Assembly: GCA_005881435.1 (NCBI GenBank)
Contig: VBHP01000029.1
Location: forward strand, 816 to 64,815
Direction: 5' to 3'
DNA length: 64,000 nucleotides
Origin: Chloroflexota bacterium
GTDB lineage: Bacteria > Chloroflexota > Limnocylindria > P2-11E > CF-107
Part shown: one piece after another, positions 1 through 9,666 of the stretch
How the letters are laid out: the number at the start of each line of letters is the position of its first letter
How positions within the stretch are numbered: position 1 is the first letter of the stretch
Notes under the pieces: generated by a model
What the model saw: the letters and a program-made list of their open reading frames with translations, nothing else
The model's database searches: none
What the model was told of the DNA's origin: nothing
Made by a program: the position numbers and the translations under genes

Positions 1-2
1 TC

Positions 3-1355
3 TTCCGCGTCATCGGGATCCTTCCGCTGCTCTCGCCGCCATTCGTCGTCGCCACCGTCTATGCCCTGCTGTTCGGACCGCGCGGCATCATCTCTTACGG
101 CGTCTTCGGTCAGTCGCCCAGCGTGTTCGGGCTGGGCGGGATCTGGGGCGTGCAGACCATCGCCTATTTCCCATTCGCCTATCAGCTCATCGCCGACGTC
201 CTGTCGCGCAGCGACGCGCGTCTGGAGCAGGCCGCGCGAAATCTCGGTGCCGGGCCGTGGACGGTCTTCCGCACCGTGACGCTGCCCCTGTCACGCCCGG
301 GCCTCGGCGCCGCGATCCTCACCACCGCGATCTACGTGCTGGAGGACTTCGGCAATCCGGCGCTCATCGGCGGCGGTTTCAACGTGCTGCCGACGCAGGC
401 CTACACGCTGATCGAGACCTCGGGCGATTTCGCCGGTGCCGCCGCGGTGAGCACGATCCTCCTGCTGTTGGCCCTGGTCCTGTATCTGACCAAGACCCGG
501 CTCGATCGTGGCCGCTCGTACGTCACCGTTTCGGGCAAGACGTCGTCGATGCCGCACCCGCCCGTACCGGTCGCGCTGACTCGCGCCTGCTTCGTGGCTT
601 GCCTCGGGCTATCCGGTCTCATCCTGCTGGTCTATGGCACGCTCGTCGCCAGCGCGCTGACGCTGCGATTCCCGACCAACCTCGCCTTCACCACGGAGCA
701 CTTCGAGTACCTCGGTGCTCATGCGACCTCGCTGCAGAACACCCTGATCTACGGCGGCATCGCGGCGGTCGGCTGCGCCGCGTTCGCGCTGCTCGCCGGA
801 TTTCTGGTGCAGCGCGGCACCTGGCCCGGGCGCCAGGTGTTCGAGTTCGTGCTGATCATGCCCGCCGCGATCCCGGGCATCTTCTTCGGGATCGGCTACC
901 TGATTACGTTCAACCAGCCCTGGCTGAACTGGGTCGACGCCGGCGCGCTGATCACCATCGCGCTGCTGTTCTGGAACGTGCCCGTCGCGTACCAGGCCAT
1001 CGTGGCCGGACTGCGGCAGATCGATCGCTCCATCGACGAAGCCGCCACGAGTCTCGGGGCGTCCAAGCTGCGCGGCTTCCGCGACGTGCTCGTGCCGATG
1101 CTCGGCGGCTCGGTGCAGGTCGGGCTGGTCACGTGCTTCGTCCGTGCCGTGACGACGCTGTCGCTGATCATCTTCCTGTTCACGCCGCGCTCGGCGACGG
1201 CGACGATCACCATCTTCCAGCTGGTGAACGACTTCGACTGGGGCGGCGCATCGGCGTTCACCGTCGGCGACATCGCGCTGGCGATCGCGGCGGTCACGCT
1301 CATCGGCTTCGTCGGTGGCCGGCGCCGGCTCATCGTCGGCGCCGCGCACGGCTAG
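3..1355 (+). CDS. Fe3+/sugar-phosphate-family (FbpB/AfuB-like) ABC permease, 5' end outside the window
   Basis: Frame open from base 3 (FRVIGILPLLSPPFVVA...). Two EAA loops (LEQAARNLGA, IDEAATSLGA) and a DFGNPALIGG motif typical of fused double-domain FbpB permeases. Confidence 0.85.
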   Translation, partial: FRVIGILPLLSPPFVVATVYALLFGPRGIISYGVFGQSPSVFGLGGIWGVQTIAYFPFAYQLIADVLSRSDARLEQAARNLGAGPWTVFRTVTLPLSRPGLGAAILTTAIYVLEDFGNPALIGGGFNVLPTQAYTLIETSGDFAGAAAVSTILLLLALVLYLTKTRLDRGRSYVTVSGKTSSMPHPPVPVALTRACFVACLGLSGLILLVYGTLVASALTLRFPTNLAFTTEHFEYLGAHATSLQNTLIYGGIAAVGCAAFALLAGFLVQRGTWPGRQVFEFVLIMPAAIPGIFFGIGYLITFNQPWLNWVDAGALITIALLFWNVPVAYQAIVAGLRQIDRSIDEAATSLGASKLRGFRDVLVPMLGGSVQVGLVTCFVRAVTTLSLIIFLFTPRSATATITIFQLVNDFDWGGASAFTVGDIALAIAAVTLIGFVGGRRRLIVGAAHG

Positions 1356-1382
1356 TCCGGCTAGGGTACGCCTGACGCGCCG

Positions 1383-2231
1383 CTACTTTTCGCGCACGAC
1401 TCCGAACGTGAGACCGGCGATCACGTAGCGGCGGGCGAGCACCATCAAGACCAGCGGCAGCACCAGCGCGATCGCGCCGGCGGCGGCCATGTCGTTCCAG
1501 ATGATCTCGAACTGCGTGACCAGACCCTGCACGCCGACCGGGAACGTCTGTGCGTTGGGCGTGCTGGTGAGGATCAGTGCGAACAGGAACTCACTCCAGG
1601 AGAACGAGAAGACGATGACACCCGCCGCCAGGAGACCCGGCATGGCCAGCGGCAAGAGGATGAGTCGGAACGCGGTCCAGCGGCTGGCGCCGTCGGAGAA
1701 GGCGGCCTCTTCGATCTCGCGCGGTATCTCCGTGAGGAAGCCCTTGAGCATCCAGATCGTGAACGGCAGATTGAACAGCGAATAGATCAGGATCAACGCC
1801 AGCGGCTGGTCATACAGACCGACCGTCCGGACCACCGCGAAGTACGGGACGACGACCGCGATGGGCGGCAGGAACCGCAGCGACAGCGCCCAGTTCAAGA
1901 CGCCGGTGCGGACCCGCGGCGAGACCTCGAGTCGGGTGATCGGATACGTGATCAGCAGCCCCACGGTGAGCGCCAGGATTACGGTCGCGGCGCAGACGAC
2001 GATGCTGTTGCGCAGCAGCACGAGGAAGCCGCGGTCGACGAGCACGTCGACGTACGGCTGCAGCGTCGGCGCCTCCGGGTACAGGCTGAGCGTCGCCTGG
2101 AACAGCTCGGATCGGCCCTTCAGCGAGGTCGCGAGCAACCAGTACAGCGGGAACGCGTACAGGACCGCCAGCACGGCGAAGACCGGCAAGAGCACGAGGC
2201 CGCGCCAGCCCGCGCGCCGTCGTCGCCGCAA
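1383..2231 (-). CDS. Carbohydrate ABC permease (MalG-like)
   Basis: Hydrophobic; EIEEAAFSDGAS EAA loop; FSWSEFLFAL motif. Confidence 0.9.
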   Translation of the reverse strand: MRRRRRAGWRGLVLLPVFAVLAVLYAFPLYWLLATSLKGRSELFQATLSLYPEAPTLQPYVDVLVDRGFLVLLRNSIVVCAATVILALTVGLLITYPITRLEVSPRVRTGVLNWALSLRFLPPIAVVVPYFAVVRTVGLYDQPLALILIYSLFNLPFTIWMLKGFLTEIPREIEEAAFSDGASRWTAFRLILLPLAMPGLLAAGVIVFSFSWSEFLFALILTSTPNAQTFPVGVQGLVTQFEIIWNDMAAAGAIALVLPLVLMVLARRYVIAGLTFGVVREK

Positions 2232-2232
2232 T

Positions 2233-3150
2233 CTACCTGCGCTCCAGCGGTAGTACGCGGGTGACGAGCGAGTACAGCACGCTCACGGCAACGAGCACCA
2301 CGACGGCTAATGCCGCAGCCTGTCCAGTATCGGAGAACTTGAATTCGACGCGGTACAGATAGAGCGACAGCAGCTGTGTGGTATTTCCGGGACCACCTCC
2401 GGTGAGGATGAAGACGTGATCGAAGACGCGGAGCACGTCGGCCAGGCGGAAGAAGATGATCAGCACGAGCAGCGGGCGCAGATAGATCAGCTCGATGTGC
2501 CAGAACTGCGACCAGCCGGACGCCCCGTCGACCTGCGCGGCCTCGATCTCCTCATGCGGCACCGTGAGAAAACCGGAGAACAGCACGAGGTACACGAAGG
2601 GGGTCCACTGCCAGACGTCGACGCTCGCGACCGCGGGCATGGCCGTGATCGGCTGGCCCAGCCAGTTGATCTCGTCGTGGATGACGCCGGTGAGCATGAG
2701 GATGTGGTTGAGCGCGCCGTATCCCGGCGCATAGATCAGCCGCGCGATCACGCCCACGGCGATGGGCGGGATGACGAGCGGGACGATGGCCATCGCGAAG
2801 AACACCGCACGCAGTGCCGGACTCTTGACCGTGCGATGGACCAGCAACGCCAGGCCGAGCCCGAGGAGGATCTCGGTCGGCATGACCAGGGCCGCGTAAA
2901 TGCCGGTCGCCGCCAGTGCCTCGTACAGCAGCGGATTCTCGAGCCCGATGACGTAGTTCTGCAGGCCGACGAAGGCGCCGCCGTTGGTGGCCTGCAATGA
3001 CTGGATGATCGCGAGCACGAACGGGTAGGTGACGATCAGGAAGATCGTGCCGAGGACCGGCACGAGCATCAGGTACGCGAGGCGCTCTTGCTTCGTGAAA
3101 CGACCGGCCCCCGCTGTCTTGGCGGGGGCCGGTCCAACCGTCGAGGTCAG
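2233..3150 (-). CDS. Carbohydrate ABC permease (MalF-like); start uncertain (CTG 3150 or ATG 3069)
   Basis: DVWQWTPF, EAAQVDGA and LTGGGPG motifs. The frame stays open upstream of ATG 3069 and encodes the usual first-helix lead-in (QERLAYLM). Confidence 0.85.
   Translation of the reverse strand: MTSTVGPAPAKTAGAGRFTKQERLAYLMLVPVLGTIFLIVTYPFVLAIIQSLQATNGGAFVGLQNYVIGLENPLLYEALAATGIYAALVMPTEILLGLGLALLVHRTVKSPALRAVFFAMAIVPLVIPPIAVGVIARLIYAPGYGALNHILMLTGVIHDEINWLGQPITAMPAVASVDVWQWTPFVYLVLFSGFLTVPHEEIEAAQVDGASGWSQFWHIELIYLRPLLVLIIFFRLADVLRVFDHVFILTGGGPGNTTQLLSLYLYRVEFKFSDTGQAAALAVVVLVAVSVLYSLVTRVLPLERR
3102..3134. terminator. Stem-loop downstream of the SBP gene (mRNA-stabilising or partial terminator)
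   Basis: GACCGGCCCCCGC-N7-GCGGGGGCCGGTC, 13-bp perfect stem just 3' of the SBP stop on the minus strand. Confidence 0.6.
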
Positions 3151-3156
3151 ATTCGC

Positions 3157-4449
3157 CTAGTACCCCGCGTTCTTCATTTGTGTCTTGATCTGATCCGCGG
3201 CCTTCGTCACCGCGGCTTCAGGCGTGACCGTGCCGGCCAGAGCCGCGTTGAGGTTCGTGCCAAGGATCGTCTCGACGGCGTTCCATTGATCAGTCCGCGG
3301 TCGCCAGTTCGGGACCGCGTCGAGGGACTTCGCGAGCGCGGCGAAATACGGATTCTTCTGGTTCAGGGTCGCGTCGTTGAGGATGCTCTTGCGCGCCGGG
3401 ATGCCGCCCTTGTCCACGTAGGTCTTCTGTGTCTCCGACGACGTGAGCCAGGTGATGAAGTCGGCGGCGGCCTGACCGTTCGGCGATGCCTTGGGGATGC
3501 CGAGAAGCCAATTGCCCATCATGCCGATGCCCTTGCCGCTCGGTCCGGCGGGCATCGGGATGTAGCTCACCTTGCCCTTGACCTGCGACACCTGCGCGTT
3601 CTCGATGACGTCGGTGATCTCGCCAGGCCACACCGTGGTCTGGTACGCCTGACCGGTGGCCATGAGGCGATCTCGATCCGCTGCGTCGATGCTTTCGGAG
3701 CCGGTGGGCGCAGCGGCCTTGAGGTCTTGGACCAGGAACTTGACCGCGCGCAGCGAGGCGGCGTTGTCGATGGTGACGTTCCAATTCTGATCGAAGACAT
3801 CTCCGCCGAACGACCACAGGATCGGCAGGAAGTCCGCGACGATCGGGTTGGTGGCCTTGCCGCGGATGACGTACCCGTAGAAGTTCGACTTCTTGTTCTT
3901 GTCCGCGTTGGCCTTGACCTCGTCCCAGGTCTTCGGCGCCGGACCCATGTCCGACCGGTACATGAACATCTCGACGTTGCCGACGATGGTGATGCCGATG
4001 AGGTGCTGCGGCTTGCCCTTCGCCGCCGGCGGGACGGCGCCACGCGGTGGCGGCCATGTGCCGACGTCGTAGACCACATCTGGGATGTCGGAGTCGCGCT
4101 TGAAACCGTAACTGGAGTCAAGCGGCTGAAGCGACTCGTCGGTGCCGAACTTCGGCATCCAGGGGTCGTCCATCATCACCAGGTCGTAGGTCGCGGCGTT
4201 CGCCTTGAACGTCGTGACGAGCTTCTCGTAGAGCTGGTCGTACGGGAACTCGACGACCTGGATCTTGATCCCGGTCTTCTGCTCGTACAGCGGTGCGACC
4301 GCTTTCAGCGCCGCGTCCTCGTTGCCCTGGACCGCGGCGATGGTGAGCTGGGCGGGCTTGTTGCCGCCGCCCGGCGCCGCCGCCTGACACGAAGCGATGA
4401 CGACGAGTCCGAGCATCGCGAGCGCGAGTGTCTTAGTCCACGTTGTCAT
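3157..4449 (-). CDS. Sugar/polyol ABC substrate-binding lipoprotein
   Basis: Lipobox VIASC; YDLVMMDDPW motif; GGAGG SD upstream; lies directly upstream of two sugar permeases. Confidence 0.9.
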   Translation of the reverse strand: MTTWTKTLALAMLGLVVIASCQAAAPGGGNKPAQLTIAAVQGNEDAALKAVAPLYEQKTGIKIQVVEFPYDQLYEKLVTTFKANAATYDLVMMDDPWMPKFGTDESLQPLDSSYGFKRDSDIPDVVYDVGTWPPPRGAVPPAAKGKPQHLIGITIVGNVEMFMYRSDMGPAPKTWDEVKANADKNKKSNFYGYVIRGKATNPIVADFLPILWSFGGDVFDQNWNVTIDNAASLRAVKFLVQDLKAAAPTGSESIDAADRDRLMATGQAYQTTVWPGEITDVIENAQVSQVKGKVSYIPMPAGPSGKGIGMMGNWLLGIPKASPNGQAAADFITWLTSSETQKTYVDKGGIPARKSILNDATLNQKNPYFAALAKSLDAVPNWRPRTDQWNAVETILGTNLNAALAGTVTPEAAVTKAADQIKTQMKNAGY

Positions 4450-4517
4450 GTGCTCCTCCCCCGCGAGCCCGGCGATCGGACTTGGACTCGCAGGCGGTTC
4501 ATCCTACGCTCGCGGCC

Positions 4518-5594
4518 GTGATGGCCGCGTCGAACGTCCACCTCGAGCTGTCGCATGTCAGCAAGCGCTTCGGCGATGCCCTCGCGGTCGACGACGTTTC
4601 GTTCGCCATCCCGCGCGGCGCCTTCGCGACGCTGCTCGGTCCTTCCGGTTGCGGCAAGACGACGACGCTGCGGATGATCGCGGGCTTCTACGACCCGGAT
4701 GCCGGCGAGATCAACCTCGGTGGCCGGCGGATCAACGACCTGCCGGCGCACCGTCGCGGCACTGCGATGGTGTTCCAGGACTACGCGCTGTTCCCGCACA
4801 TGACCGTGCGCGACAACGTTGCCTACGGCCTGCGGCTGGCCAAACGATCGCGGACCGACATCGCCAAGAAGGTCGCCGACACGCTCGCATTCGTCGGGCT
4901 CGCGGGGATGGAGGATCGTTCCCCGAGCCAACTGTCCGGCGGCCAGCAGCAGCGCGTCGCGGTCGCTCGTGCGCTCGCGATCGAGCCGCAGGTGCTGCTG
5001 TTGGACGAGCCCCTCTCGAACCTCGACGCGAAGCTCCGCGAGCAGCTCCGCGTGGAGCTGCGCACGCTGCAGCAGCGGCTGGGGATGACGTTCGTCTACG
5101 TCACGCACGATCAGGCCGAGGCGCTGTCGCTCTCGGATTGGATCGCGGTCATGCGCGAAGGTCGCGTCGAGCAAGCCGGCACGCCCTGGGACATCTACTA
5201 CCGGCCGCGCACGGCATTCCTCGCCGATTTCGTCGGGGCCGTGAATCTCGTACCGGCCGTGATCCGCGCGGCACAGGATGGCCAGGCTCGCGTCGCGGTG
5301 GGCACGCGCGAGCTGTCGATACCCGTGCCGCGAGAGGTAGCGCTGTCAGCGGGGCAGGAGGTGCGTCTGTGCATCCGTCCGGAGACGGTCGAGTTCGCGC
5401 GAGACCGCGGCGGTCCCGCGCTCGTCGAAGGCTCGGTCCTCCGCCGCGCGTTCCTCGGCGATCGCATGCGCTACTGGGTCAGCGTCGACGGCCGCGAGTG
5501 GATCGTCGATCAGGCCGATCCGGGCGCCGGGCCCGCACTCGACGGACGCGTGTCGCTGTCGCTGCGGCCCGAACGCGTGCACCTGATCGTCTGA
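4518..5594 (+). CDS. ABC ATP-binding protein (PotA/FbpC-like, C-terminal TOBE-like domain)
   Basis: Walker A GPSGCGKT, LSGGQQQR, LLLDEP. GTG at 4518 lies 7 nt after TACGCT. Confidence 0.92.
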   Translation: MMAASNVHLELSHVSKRFGDALAVDDVSFAIPRGAFATLLGPSGCGKTTTLRMIAGFYDPDAGEINLGGRRINDLPAHRRGTAMVFQDYALFPHMTVRDNVAYGLRLAKRSRTDIAKKVADTLAFVGLAGMEDRSPSQLSGGQQQRVAVARALAIEPQVLLLDEPLSNLDAKLREQLRVELRTLQQRLGMTFVYVTHDQAEALSLSDWIAVMREGRVEQAGTPWDIYYRPRTAFLADFVGAVNLVPAVIRAAQDGQARVAVGTRELSIPVPREVALSAGQEVRLCIRPETVEFARDRGGPALVEGSVLRRAFLGDRMRYWVSVDGREWIVDQADPGAGPALDGRVSLSLRPERVHLIV

Positions 5595-5655
5595 TCGTCG
5601 CGGGCGTATCCTCCGCCCACGTGCCGGCGTCGTGTCGCCGGAGGGAAGGGACGTC

Positions 5656-6180
5656 ATGACTGCTCAACGCGTTGGGAGCGCCGCGCTGACACCCGCGGAG
5701 ATCAGCACACGACTCATCGCCTACATCATCGACGCGGTCGTCCTGTCGATCGTATATCTCGTTCTGATCACGGCGATCGTGCTCGGCGCCTTCATCCAGG
5801 GCGACGCCGGCGTCACGCAGGCGCTCTCGCGTTCGATCCTGTTCGCACTGGCGAGCTTCTTGTACTTCGGCTGGGGCTGGACGCACTGGCGCGCCACACC
5901 GGGTCAGCGCGCGATGGGCGTCATGACGGTCAACGCCACGGACGGATCCACGATGACGTGGAACCAATCGGCGCTGCGATGGGCGTATCTGTTCGGGCCC
6001 TCCGCGTTCGAGTCGCTGTTCACGAACTCGCAGCAGGTCGGCGGCCTGATCTCTTTCGTAGCCGGAGTCGCGGTGCTCGCGTACTACGTCTACCTCTATC
6101 GCACCAGCGCGAGCGATCCGAAACGCCAGGGATTCCACGACAAGCAGAGCGGCACCATCGTGGTCAAAGCGGCGGCGTAG
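5656..6180 (+). CDS. RDD family membrane protein
   Basis: RLIAYIID, ATPGQRAMG and QGFHDK motifs; purine-rich SD upstream. Confidence 0.85.
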   Translation: MTAQRVGSAALTPAEISTRLIAYIIDAVVLSIVYLVLITAIVLGAFIQGDAGVTQALSRSILFALASFLYFGWGWTHWRATPGQRAMGVMTVNATDGSTMTWNQSALRWAYLFGPSAFESLFTNSQQVGGLISFVAGVAVLAYYVYLYRTSASDPKRQGFHDKQSGTIVVKAAA

Positions 6181-6261
6181 CGCCGAGCGAGGCGACCGAC
6201 GGATTCATTCAGACGTCGAGCCGCGGACGATTGGCGACGTCGAGCGGCCGGCCGTGAAGCG

Positions 6262-7923
6262 ATGTCTCCGATGAGAGCGATGCTGCTCTTGGCGAGCGTC
6301 TTCGTGCTGTACGTCGTCGCCGGGAAGGCCGGTCTGGCCCTGGCTTTTGTCAACGCCAGTGCCAGCGCGGTGTGGCCTCCGACCGGGATCGCCATTGCCG
6401 CGCTCCTGGTGCTCGGCACGCGACTGTGGCCTGCGATCTTCCTGGGCGCATTCGTCGTCAACGTCACGACCGCCGGATCGTTCGCGTCGTCGCTCGCCAT
6501 CGCCGGCGGCAACACGCTCGAGGCGATCGCAGCGGCGACGCTGGTCACGCGGTTCGCGAACGGCGCGCACGCGTTCGAGCGTCCGCAGGACGTCCTGAAG
6601 TTCACCTTCCTGGCCGCGATCCTGAGCACCGCGATCAGCGCGACGGTCGGCGTGACCGCGCTGGTCCTGACGGGCAATGCGGCAGTGACCGACTACGCTC
6701 CGATCTGGCTGACCTGGTGTCTCGGCGACGCATCCGGCGCACTCATCGTCGCGCCGCCGCTGGTGCTGTGGGCCACCACGCCGCCTCGGCGCCAGGCGCT
6801 GCCACGTGTCGTCGAGCTGCTCGCGCTCGCCGCCGCCGTCGTAGCGATCGCCATCGTCACGTTCGCAGGGGTCGGCCCGCTCTCGCAGCAGCAGTACCCG
6901 ATCAGCTTCCTGCCGTTCCCGGTGCTGGTGTGGGCCGCGTTCCGCTTTGGCCCACGTGAGGCGGCGACGATGATCGCGATCCTGTCGACGGTCGCGATCG
7001 TTGGAACGCTCAATCGGACGGGTCCGTTCGGCTCCCTGGCCCCGAACGATGCGCTGCTGCTACTGCAGTCCTTCTTAGCGGTGGCGGCGTTGACGACCCT
7101 CTCGCTGGCGGCCGCCGTGTTCGATCGCGATCGCGCCCATGAATTGGTGCGGGCGACAGAGGAGCGTTTGCGGGTCGCCGAGGAGCGCAAGGTCGTGGCG
7201 CGTGAGGAATTCCTCTCGGTCGCCGCACACGAGCTCAAGACGCCGATGACGACGCTGCAGATCTCGGTGCAAGCTCTGCTGCGGCTGCTCGATCGCGACG
7301 GTGCGGTCGAGACGGGCGTCCTGCGCCGTTCGCTGACGGCGGTGCGTGAGAACACCGACAAGCTCGCGCGCCTCGTCACCGAGCTGCTCGAGACGGTCCG
7401 TGCGCAGGCCGGGCGGCTCGAGCTCGAGATCGCCGACGCCGAGATCGCCACGCTGGTGGCGGCGGCCGTCGAGCGCGCGCAGGCTCGCACGCATCGGAGC
7501 GCGCTGACGCTCTCGGTCCCCGCATCAGAGCTACGCGCGAAGGTGGATACGCTTCGGATCGAACAGGTACTCGACAACGTGCTGGACAACGCGATCAAGT
7601 TCAGCACCGACGGCGGCGACATCGAGGTGGTCTTGAGCGACACCCGCGGAGGCCTCCGCATCGCGATACGCGACCACGGTGTCGGCATACCGCCGGAGCG
7701 GCGCGATCGGATCTTCGAGCGGTTCTATCAGGCCCACCGGGAAACGGAGCGGTCGGGGTTGGGCCTCGGCCTCTATGTCGCGCGCGAGATCGTGCAGCTC
7801 CACGGCGGCCGGATCTGGGCCGAGTTCCCAGACGATGGCGGGACTCGCATCGTCATCGATCTGCCTTCGCTGTCCGCCGACTCCGGTCGCGGCGCTCCGG
7901 TCGGATCCGGCGCCGGCCCCTAG
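6262..7923 (+). CDS. MASE1-domain sensor histidine kinase
   Basis: VWPPTG/AIFLG MASE1 N-terminus; H-box AHELKTP, N-box NAIKFS, G-boxes DHGVGI and GLGLGL. Confidence 0.9.
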   Translation: MSPMRAMLLLASVFVLYVVAGKAGLALAFVNASASAVWPPTGIAIAALLVLGTRLWPAIFLGAFVVNVTTAGSFASSLAIAGGNTLEAIAAATLVTRFANGAHAFERPQDVLKFTFLAAILSTAISATVGVTALVLTGNAAVTDYAPIWLTWCLGDASGALIVAPPLVLWATTPPRRQALPRVVELLALAAAVVAIAIVTFAGVGPLSQQQYPISFLPFPVLVWAAFRFGPREAATMIAILSTVAIVGTLNRTGPFGSLAPNDALLLLQSFLAVAALTTLSLAAAVFDRDRAHELVRATEERLRVAEERKVVAREEFLSVAAHELKTPMTTLQISVQALLRLLDRDGAVETGVLRRSLTAVRENTDKLARLVTELLETVRAQAGRLELEIADAEIATLVAAAVERAQARTHRSALTLSVPASELRAKVDTLRIEQVLDNVLDNAIKFSTDGGDIEVVLSDTRGGLRIAIRDHGVGIPPERRDRIFERFYQAHRETERSGLGLGLYVAREIVQLHGGRIWAEFPDDGGTRIVIDLPSLSADSGRGAPVGSGAGP

Positions 7924-8651
7924 AGCTCCAACTCGAGTCCATCCTCGGCGCGCTCGAGCTCGACCTCATCGAGATGCGCGAGGGTCTCGTCGCCGAAATG
8001 AGTGAGGATGATGCGCTTGCAGTCGAGCTCGCGTCGATGCGCCATCAACGTGCGATAGCAGAGATGCGCGGGGTCGTCGGTCGAGAAATTCGTGGCCTCG
8101 CAGATGAACAGGTCCGCGCCATGGGCGAGCTCGGGCAGCGCTGAGCTCCACGTCGCGTCGCCGGAGTAGGCGATGAGCTTGCCGCCGACCTCCACGCGAA
8201 CCCCGTGCGGATCGGACTCGGGCACGTGCGTCACCGGTACGGGCCTGAGCGAGACATTGCCGACGGAGATGTCGCCGTCGCCGAAGCGGCGGTGCTCGAC
8301 CGCGAACGAGAGTGGCGTCGTGGCGAAGAAGTCCTGATACAGGCCGATGCTGGTCTGCTGCAGTCGTGCCTCGAGCTCTCGCGGTCCGGCGATCACCAGC
8401 GGGCGGGAGCGTTTGGCGAAATGTTGGTCCATCAGCAGATAGGGCAATCCGCCGAAGTGGTCGCCGTGCAGATGCGACACCACCACCGTGTCGATGGCGG
8501 CGAGATCTGAAAACCGCTTCAGCATCGGCATCGCCGACCCGCCGCAGTCGAGCAGGATGGAGGAACGTCCGGCGGTCAGCTGGATACATGCGTTGGAGCG
8601 ACCCCCGGCGGAGAACGCGTTCGCCGTGCCAAGGAAGCGGACCCGAATCAC
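7920..8651 (-). CDS. MBL-fold metallohydrolase (RNase Z/PhnP-like phosphodiesterase)
   Basis: FLGT, LLDCG, SHLHGDH, YSGD and LTH motifs. GTG start overlaps the iolG TGA (GTGA). Confidence 0.85.
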   Translation of the reverse strand: MIRVRFLGTANAFSAGGRSNACIQLTAGRSSILLDCGGSAMPMLKRFSDLAAIDTVVVSHLHGDHFGGLPYLLMDQHFAKRSRPLVIAGPRELEARLQQTSIGLYQDFFATTPLSFAVEHRRFGDGDISVGNVSLRPVPVTHVPESDPHGVRVEVGGKLIAYSGDATWSSALPELAHGADLFICEATNFSTDDPAHLCYRTLMAHRRELDCKRIILTHFGDETLAHLDEVELERAEDGLELEL

Positions 8652-9643
8652 GCGATCTCGCTGAGCTTGACCGGGCGGTGCTCGCGCCAGGAACGCCCCG
8701 CGGCTTCGGCGATGCGGAGCGCCTCGAGCGCGTCTGCCGCCGTGCACGGATTGTCCGCCTGGCCGCGCGCGAAACGGAGGAAGTGCGCGAGCTCGGCGTG
8801 ATAGGCGTCACCGAACCGGACGAAAAAGGACGGATATGCCGGACCGCCGAGCGGCAGCGCGTCGGTTTCCACCGAGCGGATCGGCGTTCGTGGATCCAGT
8901 CCGATGGCGATCGTGTCCTTGGCGCCGTTGATCTCGACACGGATGTCGTATCCGGCCTCGTTATGACGGCCGGCGACGATCGCGCCGATCGCACCGCCGC
9001 GCAATTTCAGCAGCACCGCCGAAGTCGCGACGTCCTGCATGGCCTCATACGTCGGATGCCCCAACGTGGAACCATCCGCGCTCACCTCCGCGACCTCGTC
9101 GTCGAAGAGCCATCGCGTGATGTCGAAGTCGTGGATCACCTGGTCTTTGAATTGCCCGCCGGAAGTCTTGATGTAAGCGTCGGGCGGCGGCAACCGATCG
9201 CGGCTGGTCATATAGAAGGAGTACACCGTCCCAAGCCTGCCTTCGCGAAGCTCCCGTTTCGCGGCTTGGTAGCCGGCGTCGAAACGGCGCTGAAAGCCGA
9301 TCTGCAGCCGCCCGTTCGCACGCTTCACCTGCGCCACGACGTCTTTTGTTTCCGGTAGGCCCATGGCGATCGGTTTCTCGCAGAACGTCGGAAGGCCCGC
9401 GGCGATTGCCTTGTTGATCAACGTCGCGTGCGTGTCGGTCGGCGTCACCAGGACCACCGCATCCGCGCCGTGATAGGCGGCGTCGACGCTGTCGACGGCC
9501 GTGGCGCCGACCTTCGCCGCGATCTCGCGCGCACGCGCGATGTCGGCGTCATAGATCCGCAGTTCGCGCACGTCGGGAAGCGAGCGGAGCGTTTCGGCGT
9601 GACTCGCACCCAGGCGTCCGACGCCGAGGAGACCGATCCGCAT
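8648..9643 (-). CDS. iolG: Inositol 2-dehydrogenase (Gfo/Idh/MocA)
   Basis: GVGRLG, CEKP, GFQRRFD, DQVIHDFD and GYDIRVE motifs; divergent from iolC. Confidence 0.8.
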   Translation of the reverse strand: MRIGLLGVGRLGASHAETLRSLPDVRELRIYDADIARAREIAAKVGATAVDSVDAAYHGADAVVLVTPTDTHATLINKAIAAGLPTFCEKPIAMGLPETKDVVAQVKRANGRLQIGFQRRFDAGYQAAKRELREGRLGTVYSFYMTSRDRLPPPDAYIKTSGGQFKDQVIHDFDITRWLFDDEVAEVSADGSTLGHPTYEAMQDVATSAVLLKLRGGAIGAIVAGRHNEAGYDIRVEINGAKDTIAIGLDPRTPIRSVETDALPLGGPAYPSFFVRFGDAYHAELAHFLRFARGQADNPCTAADALEALRIAEAAGRSWREHRPVKLSEIA

Positions 9644-9666
9644 CGCGCGTACCCTACAACGCGCGC

